Source: Balanoglossus misakiensis
Taxonomy: Eukaryota; Animalia; Hemichordata
Assembly (NCBI GenBank): GCA_040954595.2
Contig: CM082588.2
Location: 6,956,202 to 7,020,201, forward strand
Reading direction: 5' to 3'
DNA length: 64,000 nt
The first letter of the stretch is position 1, and each line of letters starts with the position of its first letter. Both the position numbers and the translations under genes were made by a program. Below, piece after piece: positions 53,391 through 64,000 of this stretch. A model generated the notes under the pieces. It was not told where the DNA came from and searched no databases. It worked only from the letters and a program-made list of their open reading frames with translations.

Positions 53391-53637
53391 GACCTTATGT
53401 GTTTGGTCTTATTACTATGTATTATTCACCAGACCTTGTAGGTTAGGTCTTATTACTATGCATTATTCACTTTACAGCTCCCTGATTGGTTAATGTGTAG
53501 GTCTGGTCCTCCAGTGTTCACTGCCTGATTATGCAGGACCTTGTCGGTTAGGTCTTATTAATATGTATGTATTCACCATACAGCTCCCCGATTGGTTAAC
53601 GTGTCAGTCTGCTCCCCCAGTGTTCACTGCCTCATTG
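53391..53637. repeat. ~105-bp tandem duplication carrying CCAAT boxes, upstream of the fucosyltransferase-like gene
   Basis: Units start at ~53433 and ~53538, plus a partial unit at 53391; ATTGG at 53341, ~53383, ~53485, 53591. Confidence 0.65.
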
Positions 53638-53883
53638 TGAAATGTCCCATGTTCTTCCTGGCTAGCGTTGTGGTAACACATTATTCAGGATGTCCGCAGA
53701 TCGTTCATTGATTTTCTGAGAAATAGCCTGACTGATACTATCACTAACATAAACCGCACCCTGGAAAGATTAAATGATCTTTTAGATGGACTTTGAAAAT
53801 CTGATTTACTTATCTAAGCATTTTTGGTAACAGTTGGTGTAATACTACTATTTTTTAATCACCCTCCTACTTCTCATCATCAA

Positions 53884-53914
<31 letters not shown>

Positions 53915-54528
53915 GTTATAATATAAAGCAAAACGTACAAGTACAAGCATGAAACGCAATTTAAACTAAACGTGTAAACAACCTGTTGAATACTGTCTAT
54001 TGTTTTCGCACACTGAGCCTGTTGTCAATTTGGTTTCCGGTATTAGTACCGCACATATGAAACCAATCTGGTGAACGGGACTGCTGTACACAACACCGTT
54101 TCGGACAGTTTCCGTTTGGCGCAGTGCAGTCATTGGGAGAAATGGGACGAAGAACCAAAAGACGTCACCAATCCAAGGTATGAAAATGTGTCAAATATGC
54201 AAAGGCAATCGAACTGGGAGTCCTTTTAGGCCTAAAAATAAACATGTCAAGTCGTGGGTTTAGGAAGAAATTTGTCAAGCTTTATTACATATTTCTTAAA
54301 TGACTGGAAAGTTCTATCGACGGATAGAAATTTCCATCGATCGACATGTATATTGTTCAATCACATTTATCTGTCTGTCTGTCCTAATTCGTTCTTTCGT
54401 CTGTCTGTCCGTCCGTCCGTCCGCCCGCCTGCGTGCCTATAGGCTATCTATCTATAGTATCTACTAGTATATCTATCTATCTGTCTATCTGTCTGTGTAC
54501 TTATCATAAGTTAAACGTCTTTAAATCG

Positions 54529-55626
54529 TTAATGTTCTTCCTCCACGGAGGAAATAGGAAGAAGAAAGCTAACGCTTGCATTTCTAAATTCTTCCTCGCT
54601 ATGTACCGTCCCATAACCGACTCTCTTGAGAACTTCCCCTGGGCAAAGTTCTTGAATCTCTTTCACTTCTTCGTAGGTCAGTTTCGTTCTCCATTTCTCT
54701 CCGTTGCCGATCTTATTCCCCGGTTGCTGTACTTTTTTCTGTATGGTCGGGTGCATCGGAACCCCGACAAAGTCGTACAGTTTTGGAACAAACTCGGCGG
54801 GTCGATCAGAAAGGTCCTCGTAGCGGATCAAGAAGTAATTGTCTTTGAACCAGGGGTCGGCGTTTGCTGCGCTGACGGAGTTGATATCCAACCAAGTGCA
54901 GTAACTCTTGATCATTTGCCGTTGCTTGTCGTCGTGTTTTGGATCTTGCTTTCTCCTCAAGTCCCCGTAAACGGATCTTGAAGACGTCATCCCACGCGGA
55001 TCGCGAACTAAGTGGACAATTTTCACGTGGTCTTTTTTAAGCATAGGGGCAGCAAGCAGTACGTTGTTCAGACGTATGGTCTTGGTTACAACATGGCGCT
55101 TCGATCTACACAGTTTTGTGACGCTGCTCTGCAGAACTTTCCTGTCGCGTTGCCTTGGAATCTTCGCGTGTGCTCTCATAAATGTATGCCGCATCAAACT
55201 ATCGAAGTAGTAGTCACGATTGGTAAGATTGCAGTTGTAGAACGCGTGCATGAAGTCGGTCAGTTCGTGGCGGATGCTTTCTAAATAGTCGAAGCTGTCT
55301 TCGTAGAAATCCATACCGTTGTGTTCAATCAGCATGTACCCAGGCTCGTAGACGTAGAAGAAGTCCGGATGAGCGGCGAAGTAGCTGCCAGCAAGCGTCG
55401 ACCCAGTGCGCATTCTCGCATGGACGAGAACGTTCACGTGACCCGCTGTGTTGTCGTCTTCTGTTGGAGATCTCGGTCCAGTGTTGGGTTCTGCGTGTAC
55501 CCTGACAACTGCTGGCCGTATCGGTACCTCGGTCTCAGTCGTGTCGGAACGATACATGTAGACGCCTACCGTTGACAAGAAGACAAATGTGACCGACGCA
55601 AGAACAGTTATTCGCGCGTTCTTCAT
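54529..55626 (-). CDS. Carbohydrate (Gal/GlcNAc) 6-O-sulfotransferase-like, CHST1/3/5 family, single coding exon, ~365 aa
   Basis: N-terminal TM (ITVLASVTFVFLSTVGVYMY), 5'-PSB RMRTGST, FYVYEP, KTIRL, 3'-PB HLVRDPRG..SSR, IRYEDL. The start could also be one of the upstream in-frame ATGs (ORF open to 55851). Confidence 0.85.
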   Translation of the reverse strand: MKNARITVLASVTFVFLSTVGVYMYRSDTTETEVPIRPAVVRVHAEPNTGPRSPTEDDNTAGHVNVLVHARMRTGSTLAGSYFAAHPDFFYVYEPGYMLIEHNGMDFYEDSFDYLESIRHELTDFMHAFYNCNLTNRDYYFDSLMRHTFMRAHAKIPRQRDRKVLQSSVTKLCRSKRHVVTKTIRLNNVLLAAPMLKKDHVKIVHLVRDPRGMTSSRSVYGDLRRKQDPKHDDKQRQMIKSYCTWLDINSVSAANADPWFKDNYFLIRYEDLSDRPAEFVPKLYDFVGVPMHPTIQKKVQQPGNKIGNGEKWRTKLTYEEVKEIQELCPGEVLKRVGYGTVHSEEEFRNASVSFLLPISSVEEEH

Positions 55627-55897
55627 GGCTTGGCCCCAATGATGTCTCCTGGGTCGGACGAAGTGCAGTAAACGGAGCATGAATATACACACACACACAC
55701 ACCTGCACGTTTTCTGGATCACTGCCTGGCTCCTGTCGCGCATTACGTTCGCGCAAGGGTGCCCACATGGATGGTAGCAGAATGCATTGTACTGGTGGAA
55801 CTCCATGAAATGTGGCGCTGCGCTGCTGTTAAACTTTTGGCTAAATTTCACCCTTCAGTGAGATATGATAACTGTTATAGAAACCCAGTGTAGTTTA

Positions 55898-56488
55898 GGG
55901 ACTGTTCAGTTTTTACGGCAGGGGGGGGGGGGCGGCAAGTTTGTGTCATCGGTTCGCAAAATCAGGCCGACCCCCCCCCTTCACCCAGCCCCCAAAAATG
56001 ATGACCCCCCCCCTTTGACAGACCCAAAAATATGATGACCCCCCCCCCTACGCCGAAAACATTCGCCGTCCTGATCCTATGTACACTGTATGCAATAAAG
56101 GGAATGAGGCTCCTCACACCTCAATTATATATTTCTTAAAGTATTATTGAAGTATATAATAGTATATCGTTGCAATAAAGAAATCTATGAACAAATTCAA
56201 ATGACAAGTCAATACAATAGTTGCTAGAATCGGTAAAACAAGAAAAGTGGCGGGGTGGGCATGGGAGGGGGGTGTCCCCCTCCCACATTAGAAAATTTTG
56301 TAAAATAAAGGGTGCGAAACTGCAATTTTGTGGACTCAAAAGCAAAAGTTCGGTGGCAAAAGTATGTGACCCCCCCCTAAACGTTTAAAAAAAAACAGAT
56401 GACCCCCCCCCCCTTGTGGACTTCAAAATTTAAGTGAACCCCCTGGATTTTGCCGGCCCCCCCCCGGCCGTAAAAACTGAACGGTCCC
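55898..56488. mobile_element. 591-bp PIF/Harbinger (Tourist-like) MITE
   Basis: TTA TSD on both sides; TIR GGGACTGTTCAGTTTTTACGGC / GCCGTAAAAACTGAACGGTCCC; internal GACCCCCCC subrepeats. Confidence 0.85.
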
Positions 56489-56682
56489 TTAATTCAAAGA
56501 CATTGATCACGAACGAGTATGGTCAGCTGCACCCTTATAATGAATATACATGTATAGTGTGTGAGGTTGCTATGTTGTTATTGATGTCCATGTGGTTATG
56601 CAACAGATGGTGTGTACACGCAGTAGCACGGTGATTATGGAAATTGACAACTCACTTGTACAATGTATTGTATTGTATGTTT

Positions 56683-56733
56683 AGTCTCCTGATGAGTAAG
56701 TCTAGTGACTCACGAAACAGCGTTGTAGAGATT
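56683..56733 (+). ncRNA. Type I hammerhead ribozyme (Penelope-like element / retrozyme type)
   Basis: Stem I AGTCTC / GAGATT; core CTGATGA (56689-95); stem II GTAAGTC-tagt-GACTCAC; GAAA (56714-17); short stem III; GTA cleavage triplet ending at 56727. Confidence 0.8.
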
Positions 56734-56825
56734 TTACCGCTTTTCGTTTCTCCTACTACCCTCCTTTATACTCCGCTCTATTTTTGTATCGAGCACTTTG
56801 TGTTGGACCAGTCGAACCGCATACT

Positions 56826-56827
<2 letters not shown>

Positions 56828-56905
<78 letters not shown>

Positions 56906-56948
56906 ATGTATGTATGTATGTATGTATGTATGTATGTATGTATGTATG
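56828..56948. repeat. (GT)n(GTAT)n compound microsatellite
   Basis: Seen directly; runs straight into satellite A. Confidence 0.95.
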
Positions 56949-57945
56949 AAAAATGTTCAAAAAGGCCCCAAAAACCGAAATTCGGCAATTCGAGAATTGG
57001 TCACTTTTTGATAAAAATCATGATGTATAACCAATGAAAAATGTTCAAAAAATCGAAATTCGGCAAGTCGAAAATTGGTCACTTTTTGATAAAAATCATG
57101 ATGTATAACCCATGAAAAATGTTCAAAAAGCCCCCAAAAACCGAAATTCGGCAAGTCGAGAATTGGTCATTTTTTGATAAAAATCATGATGTATAACCCA
57201 TGAAAAATGTTCAAAAAGGCCCCCAAAACCGAAATTCGGCAATTCTAGAATTGGTCACTTTTTGATAAAAATCATGATGTATAACCCATGAAAAATGTTC
57301 AAAAAGGCCCCAAAACCGAGATTCGGCAATTCGAGAATTGGTCACTTTTTGATAAAAATCATGATGTATAACCAATGAAAAATGTTCAAAAAATCGAAAT
57401 TCGGCAAGTCGAAAATTGGTCACTTTTTGATAAAAATCATGATGTATAACCCATGAAAAATGTTCAAAAAGCCCCCAAAAACCGAAATTCGGCAAGTCGA
57501 GAATTGGTCATTTTTTGATAAAAATCATGATGTATAACCCATGAAAAATGTTCAAAAAGGCCCCCAAAACCGAAATTAGGCAATTCTAGAATTGGTCACT
57601 TTTTGATAAAAATCATGATGTATAACCCATGAAAAATGTTCAAAAAGGCCCCAAAATCCGAAATTCGGCAAGTCGAGAATTGGCCATTTTTTGATAAAAA
57701 TCATGATGTATAACCCATGAAAAATGTTTAAAAAAGTCCCAAAAACCGAAATTCGGCAAGTCGAGAATTGGTCATTTTTGATAAAAATCATGATGTATAA
57801 CCAATGTAAAATGTTCAAAAAGCCCCCAAAAACCGAAATTCGGCAAGTCGAGAATTGGTCACTTTTTGATAAAAATCATGATGTATAACCCATGAAAAAC
57901 GTTCAAAAAGGCCCCAAAAACCGAAATTCGGCAAGTCGAGAATTG
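56947..57945. repeat. 88-bp satellite, subfamily A (about 11 copies, including 77-78-bp deletion variants)
   Basis: Unit CATGAAAAATGTTCAAAAAGCCCCCAAAAACCGAAATTCGGCAAGTCGAGAATTGGTCATTTTTTGATAAAAATCATGATGTATAACC; period 88 (57111 to 57199). Confidence 0.95.
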
Positions 57946-57957
57946 ACCAATTCATGG

Positions 57958-60900
57958 GTCGAAAAATTGTCATTTTTGGATGATTTTCATGAGCTATAAC
58001 CCATGGTTTTTTCAAAAAAATGAATAAATTTCGATATTTCGCAAAGTCGAAAAATTGTCATTTTTGGATGATTTTCATGAGCTATAACCCATGGTTTTTT
58101 AAAAAAAATGAAGAAATTTCGATATTTCGCAAAGTCGAAAAATTGTCATTTTTGGATGATTTTCATGAGCTATAACCCATGGTTTTTTCAAAAAAATGAA
58201 GAAATTTCGATATTTCGCAAAGTCGAAAAATTGTCATTTTTGGATGATTTTCATGAGCTATAACCCATGGTTTTTTAAAAAAAAATGAAGAAATTTCGAT
58301 ATTTCGCAATGTCGAAAAATTACTTTTTTTGGATGATTTTCATGAGCTATAACCCATGTTTTTTCAAAAAAATGAAGAAATTTCGATATTTCGCAATGTC
58401 GAAAAATTACTTTTTTTGGATGATTTTCATGAGCTATAACCCATGTTTTTTCAAAAAAATGAAGAAATTTCCATATTTCGCAAAGTCGAAAAATTACTTT
58501 TTTGGATGATTTTCATAAGCTATAACCCATGGTTTTTTGAAAAAATGAAGAAATTTCGATATTTCGCAATGTCGAAAAATTGTCATTTTTGGATGATTTT
58601 CATGAGCTATAACCCATGTTTTTTTCAAAAAAATGAAGAAATTTCGATATTTCGCAAAGTCGAAAAATTGTCATTTTTGGATGATTTTCATGAGCTATAA
58701 CCTATGGTTTTTTCAAAAAAATGAAGAAATTTCCATATTTCGCAAAGTCGAAAAATTGTCATTTTTGGATGATTTTCATGAGCTATAACCCATGGTTTTT
58801 TTGAAAAAAATGAGGAAATTTCGATATTTCGCAAAGTCGAAAAATTGTCATTTTGGATGATTTTCATGAGCTATAACCCATGGTTTTTTCAAAAAAATGA
58901 AGAAATTTCGATATTTCGCAAAGTCGAAAAATTGTCATTTTTGGATGATTTTCATGAGCTATAACCCATGGTTTTTTCAAAAAAATGAAGAAATTTCGAT
59001 ATTTCGCAAAGTCGAAAAATTGTCATTTTTGGATGATTTTCATGAGCTATAACCCATGGTTTTTTCAAAAAAATGAAGAAATTTCGATATTTCGCGCAAA
59101 GTCGAAAAATTGTCATTTTTGGATGATTTTCATGAGGTATAACCCATGGTTTTTTCAAAAAAATGAAGAAATTTCGATATTTCGCAAAGTCGAAAAATTG
59201 TCATTTTTGGATGATTTTCATGAGCTATAACCCATGGTTTTTTCAAAAAAATGAGGAAATTTCGATATTTCGCAATGTCGAAAAATTGTCATTTTTGGAT
59301 GATTTTCATGAGCTATAACCCATGGTTTTTTCAAAAAAATGAAGAAATTTCGATATTTCGCAAAGTCGAAAAATTGTCATTTTTGGATGATTTTCATGAG
59401 CTATAACCCATGGTTTTTTCAAAAAAATGAAGAAATTTCGATATTTCGCAAAGTCGAAAAATTGTCATTTTTGGATGATTTTCATGAGCTATAACCCATG
59501 GTTTTTTCAAAAAAATGAAGAAATTTCGATATTTCGCGCAAAGTCGAAAAATTGTCATTTTTGGATGATTTTCATGAGCTATAACGCATGGTTTTTTCAA
59601 AAAAATGAAGAAATTTCGATATTTCGCAAAGTCGAAAAATTGTCATTTTTGGATGATTTTCATGAGCTATAACCCATGGTTTTTTCAAAAAAATGAAGAA
59701 ATTTCCATATTTCGCAAAGTCGAAAAATTGTCATTTTTGGATGATTTTCATGAGCTATAACCCATGGTTTTTTCAAAAAAATGAAGAAATTTCGATATTT
59801 CGCAAAGTCGAAAAATTGTCATTTTTGGATGATTTTCATGAGCTATAACCCATGGTTTTTTCAAAAAATGAGGAAATTTCGATATTTCGCAAAGTCGAAA
59901 TATTGTCATTTTTGGATGATTTTCATGAGCTATAACCCATGGTTTTTTCAAAAAAATGAAGAAATTTCGATATTTCGCAAAGTCGAAAAATTGTCATTTT
60001 TGGATGATTTTCATGAGCTATAACCCATGGTTTTTTAAAAAAAATGAAGAAATTTCGATATTTCGCAAAGTCGAAAAATTGTCATTTTTGGATGATTTTC
60101 ATGAGCTATAACCCATGGTGTTTTCAAAAAAATGAATAAATTTCGATATTTTCCAAAGTCAAAAAATTGTCATTTTTGGATGATTTTCATGAGCTATAAC
60201 CCATGGTTTTTAAAAAAAAATGAGGAAATTTCGATATTTCGCAAAGTCGAAAAATTGTCATTTTTGGATGATTTTCATGAGCTATAACCCATGGATTTTT
60301 CAAAAAAACGAAGAAATTTCGATATTTCGCAAAGTCGAAAAATTACTTTTTTTGGATGATTTTCATGAGCTATAACCCATGGTTTTTTAAAAAAAACGAA
60401 GAAATTTCGATATTTCGCAAAGTCGAAAAATTGTCATTTTTGGATGATTTTCATGAACTATAACCCATGGTTTTTTCAAAAAAATGAAGAAATTTCCATA
60501 TTTCGCAAAGTCGAAACATTGTCATTTTTGGATGATTTTCATGAGCTATAACCCATGTTTTTTTCAAAAAAATGAGGAAATTTCGATATTTCGCAAAGTC
60601 GAAAAATTGTCATTTTTGGATGATTTTCATGAGCTATAACCCATGGTTTTTTCAAAAAAATGAAGAAATTTCGATATTTCGCAAAGTCGAAAAATTCTCA
60701 TTTTTGGATGATTTTCATGAGCTATAACCCATGGTTTTTTCAAAAAAATGAGGAAATTTCGATATTTCGCAAAGTGGAAAAATTGTCATTTTTGGATGAT
60801 TTTCATGAGCTATAGCCCATGGTTTTTTCAAAAAAATGAGGAAATTTCGATATTTCGCAAAGTCGAAAAATTGTCATTTTTGGATGATTTTCATGAGCTA

Positions 60901-63900
60901 TAACCCATGGTTTTTTCAAAAAAATGAAGAAATTTCGATATTTCGCAAAGTCGAAAAATTGTCATTTTTGGATGATTTTCATGAGCTATAACCTATGGTT
61001 TTTTCAAAAAAATGAATAAATTTCGATATTTCGCAATGTCGAAAAATTGTCATTTTTGGATGATTTTCATGAGCTATAACCCATGGTTTTTTCAAAAAAA
61101 TGAAGAAATTTCGATATTTCGCGCAAAGTCGAAAAATTGTCATTTTTGGATGATTTTCATGAGCTATAACCCATGGTTTTTTCAAAAAAATGAGGAAATT
61201 TCGATATTTGGCAAAGTCGAAAAATTGTCATTTTTGGATTATTTTCATGAGCTATAACCCATGGTTTTTTCAAAAAAATGAGGAAATTTCGATATTTCGC
61301 AATGTCGAAAAATTGTCATTTTTGGATGATTTTCATGAGCTATAACCCATGGTTTTTTCAAAAAAATGAAGAAATTTCGATATGTCGCAAAGTCGAAAAA
61401 TTGTCATTTTTGGATGATTTTCATGAGCTATAACCCATGAATTTTTCAAAAAAATGAAGAAATTTCGATATTTCGCAAAGTCGAAAAATTACTTTTTTTG
61501 GATGATTTTCATGAGCTATAACCCATGGTTTTTTAAAAAAAACGAAGAAATTTCGATATTTCGCAAAGTCGAAAAATTGTCATTTTGGATGATTTTCATG
61601 AACTATAACCCATGGTTTTTTCAAAAAAATGAAGAAATTTCCATATTTCGCAAAGTCGAAAAATTGTCATTTTTGGATGATTTTCATGAGCTATAACCCA
61701 TGTTTTTTTCAAAAAAATGAGGAAATTTCGATATTTCGCAAAGTCGAAAAATTGTCATTTTTGGATGATTTTCATGAGCTATAACCCATGGTTTTTTCAA
61801 AAAAATGAAGAAATTTCGATATTTCGCAAAGTCGAAAAATTGTCATTTTTGGATGATTTTCATGAGCTATAACCCATGGTTTTTTCAAAAAAATGAGGAA
61901 ATTTCGATATTTCGCAAAGTGGAAAAATTGTCATTTTTGGATGATTTTCATGAGCTATAGCCCATGGTTTTTTCAAAAAAATGAGGAAATTTCGATATTT
62001 CGCAAAGTCGAAAAATTGTAATTTTTGGATGATTTTCATGAGCTATAACCCATGGTTTTTTCAAAAAAATGAAGAAATTTCGATATTTCGCAAAGTCGAA
62101 AAATTGTCATTTTTGGATGATTTTCATGAGCTATAACCCATGGTTTTTTCAAAAAAATGAATAAATTTCGATATTTCGCAAAGTCGAAAAATTGTCATTT
62201 TTGGATGATTTTCATGAGCTATAACCCATGGTTTTTTAAAAAAAATGAAGAAATTTCGATATTTCGCAAAGTCGAAAAATTGTCATTTTTGGATGATTTT
62301 CATGAGCTATAACCCATGGTTTTTTAAAAAAATGAGGAAATTTCGATATTTCGCAAAGTCGAAAAATTGTCATTTTTGGATGATTTTCATGAGCTATAAC
62401 GCATGGTTTTTTCAAAAAAATGAAGAAATTTCGATATTTCGCAAAGTCGAAAAATTGTCATTTTTGGATGATTTTCATGAGCTATAACCCATGGTTTTTT
62501 CAAAAAAATGAAGAAATTTCCATATTTCGCAAAGTCGAAAAATTGTCATTTTTGGATGATTTTCATGAGCTATAACCCATGGTTTTTTCAAAAAAATGAA
62601 GAAATTTCGATATTTCGCAAAGTCGAAAAATTGTCATTTTTGGATGATTTTCATGAGCTATAACCCATGGTTTTTTCAAAAAATGAGGAAATTTCGATAT
62701 TTCGCAAAGTCGAAATATTGTCATTTTTGGATGATTTTCATGAGCTATAACCCATGGTTTTTTCAAAAAAATGAAGAAATTTCGATATTTCGCAAAGTCG
62801 AAAAATTGTCATTTTTGGATGATTTTCATGAGCTATAACCCATGGTTTTTTAAAAAAATGAGGAAATTTCGATATTTCGCAAAGTCGAAAAATTGTCATT
62901 TTTGGATGATTTTCATGAGCTATAACCCATGGTTTTTTCAAAAAAATGAAGAAATTTCGATATTTCGCAAAGTCGAAAAATTGTCATTTTTGGATGATTT
63001 TCATGAGCTATAACCCATGGTTTTTTCAAAAAAATGAAGAAATTTCCATATTTCGCAAAGTCGAAAAATTGTCATTTTTGGATGATTTTCATGAGCTATA
63101 ACCCATGGTTTTTTAAAAAAAATGAAGAAATTTCGATATTTCGCAAAGTCGAAAAATTGTCATTTTTGGATGATTTTCATGAGCTATAACCCATGGTTTT
63201 TTAAAAAAATGAGGAAATTTCGATATTTCGCAAAGTCGAAATATTGTCATTTTTGGATGATTTTCATGAGCTATAACCCATGGTTTTTTAAAAAAAATGA
63301 AGAAATTTCCATATTTCGCAAAGTCGAAAAATTGTCATTTTTGGATGATTTTCATGAGCTATAACCCATGGTTTTTTCAAAAAAATGAAGAAATTTCGAT
63401 ATTTCGCAAAGTCGAAAAATTGTCATTTTTGGATGATTTTCATGAGCTATAACCCATGGTTTTTTCAAAAAAATGAGGAAATTTCGATATTTGGCAAAGT
63501 CGAAAAATTGTCATTTTTGGATGATTTTCATGAGCTATAACCCATGGTTTTTTCAAAAAAATGAAGAAATTTCCATATTTCGCAAAGTCGAAAAATTGTC
63601 ATTTTTGGATGATTTTCATGAGCTATAACCCATGTTTTTTTCAAAAAAATGAGGAAATTTCGATATTTCGCAAAGTCGAAAAATTGTCATTTTTGGATGA
63701 TTTTCATGAGCTATAACCCATGTTTTTTTCAAAAAAATGAAGAAATTTCGATATTTCGCAAAGTCAAAAAATTGTCATTTTTGGATGATTTTCATGAGCT
63801 ATAACCCATGGATTTTTCAAAATAATGAAGAAATTTCGATATTTCGCAAAGTCGAAAAATTACTTTTTTTGGATGATTTTCATGAGCTATAACCCATTGT

Positions 63901-64000
63901 TTTTTCAAAAAAATGAAGAAAATTCCATATTTCGCAAAGTCGAAAAATTGTCATTTTTGGATGATTTTCATGAGCTATAACCCATGGTTTTTTCAAAAAA
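57958..64000. repeat. 88-bp satellite, subfamily B (about 68 copies, runs off the window end)
   Basis: Unit GTCGAAAAATTGTCATTTTTGGATGATTTTCATGAGCTATAACCCATGGTTTTTTCAAAAAAATGAAGAAATTTCGATATTTCGCAAA; period 88 (57958 to 58046). Confidence 0.97.

Noticed and set aside
56947-64000. CRISPR-like regular array and many 60-95-aa ORFs
   Set aside because: Units are contiguous tandem copies with no unique spacers, there are no cas genes and the context is eukaryotic; the ORFs are translations of satellite.

Overview
This is eukaryotic, intron-rich animal genomic DNA. The gene content and repeat families suggest a marine invertebrate deuterostome, probably an echinoderm (inference). The window holds five host genes: (1) the 3' part of SPAG17/PF6 (+, about 29 exons, 193-34347), which includes a U12-type AT-AC intron; (2) TMEM145 (-, 13 exons); (3) a histamine-N-methyltransferase-like gene (-); (4) an O-fucosyltransferase-like gene (-) with a GC-AG intron; (5) an intronless CHST-type carbohydrate 6-O-sulfotransferase (-). 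The most striking element is a 5.5-kb ISL2EU/Harbinger-group DNA transposon inside a SPAG17 intron (5343-10849). It has apparently perfect TIRs of about 487 bp and two convergent genes: a SAP-like/SWIM/YqaJ exonuclease and a THAP-DDE transposase. Both genes appear to start inside the TIRs, using the same promoter and the same 15-nt first coding exon (MAAKM + GTGAGT donor). Also present are several MITE families (TA-, TTAA-, TTA- and 9-bp-TSD types), a tRNA-derived SINE and a type I hammerhead ribozyme next to a (GT)n/(GTAT)n microsatellite. From about 56947 to the window end, two related 88-bp satellite subfamilies run with higher-order structure. All exon coordinates were read by hand and checked for splice dinucleotides and phase. 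Family assignments come from recalled motifs, not database searches.
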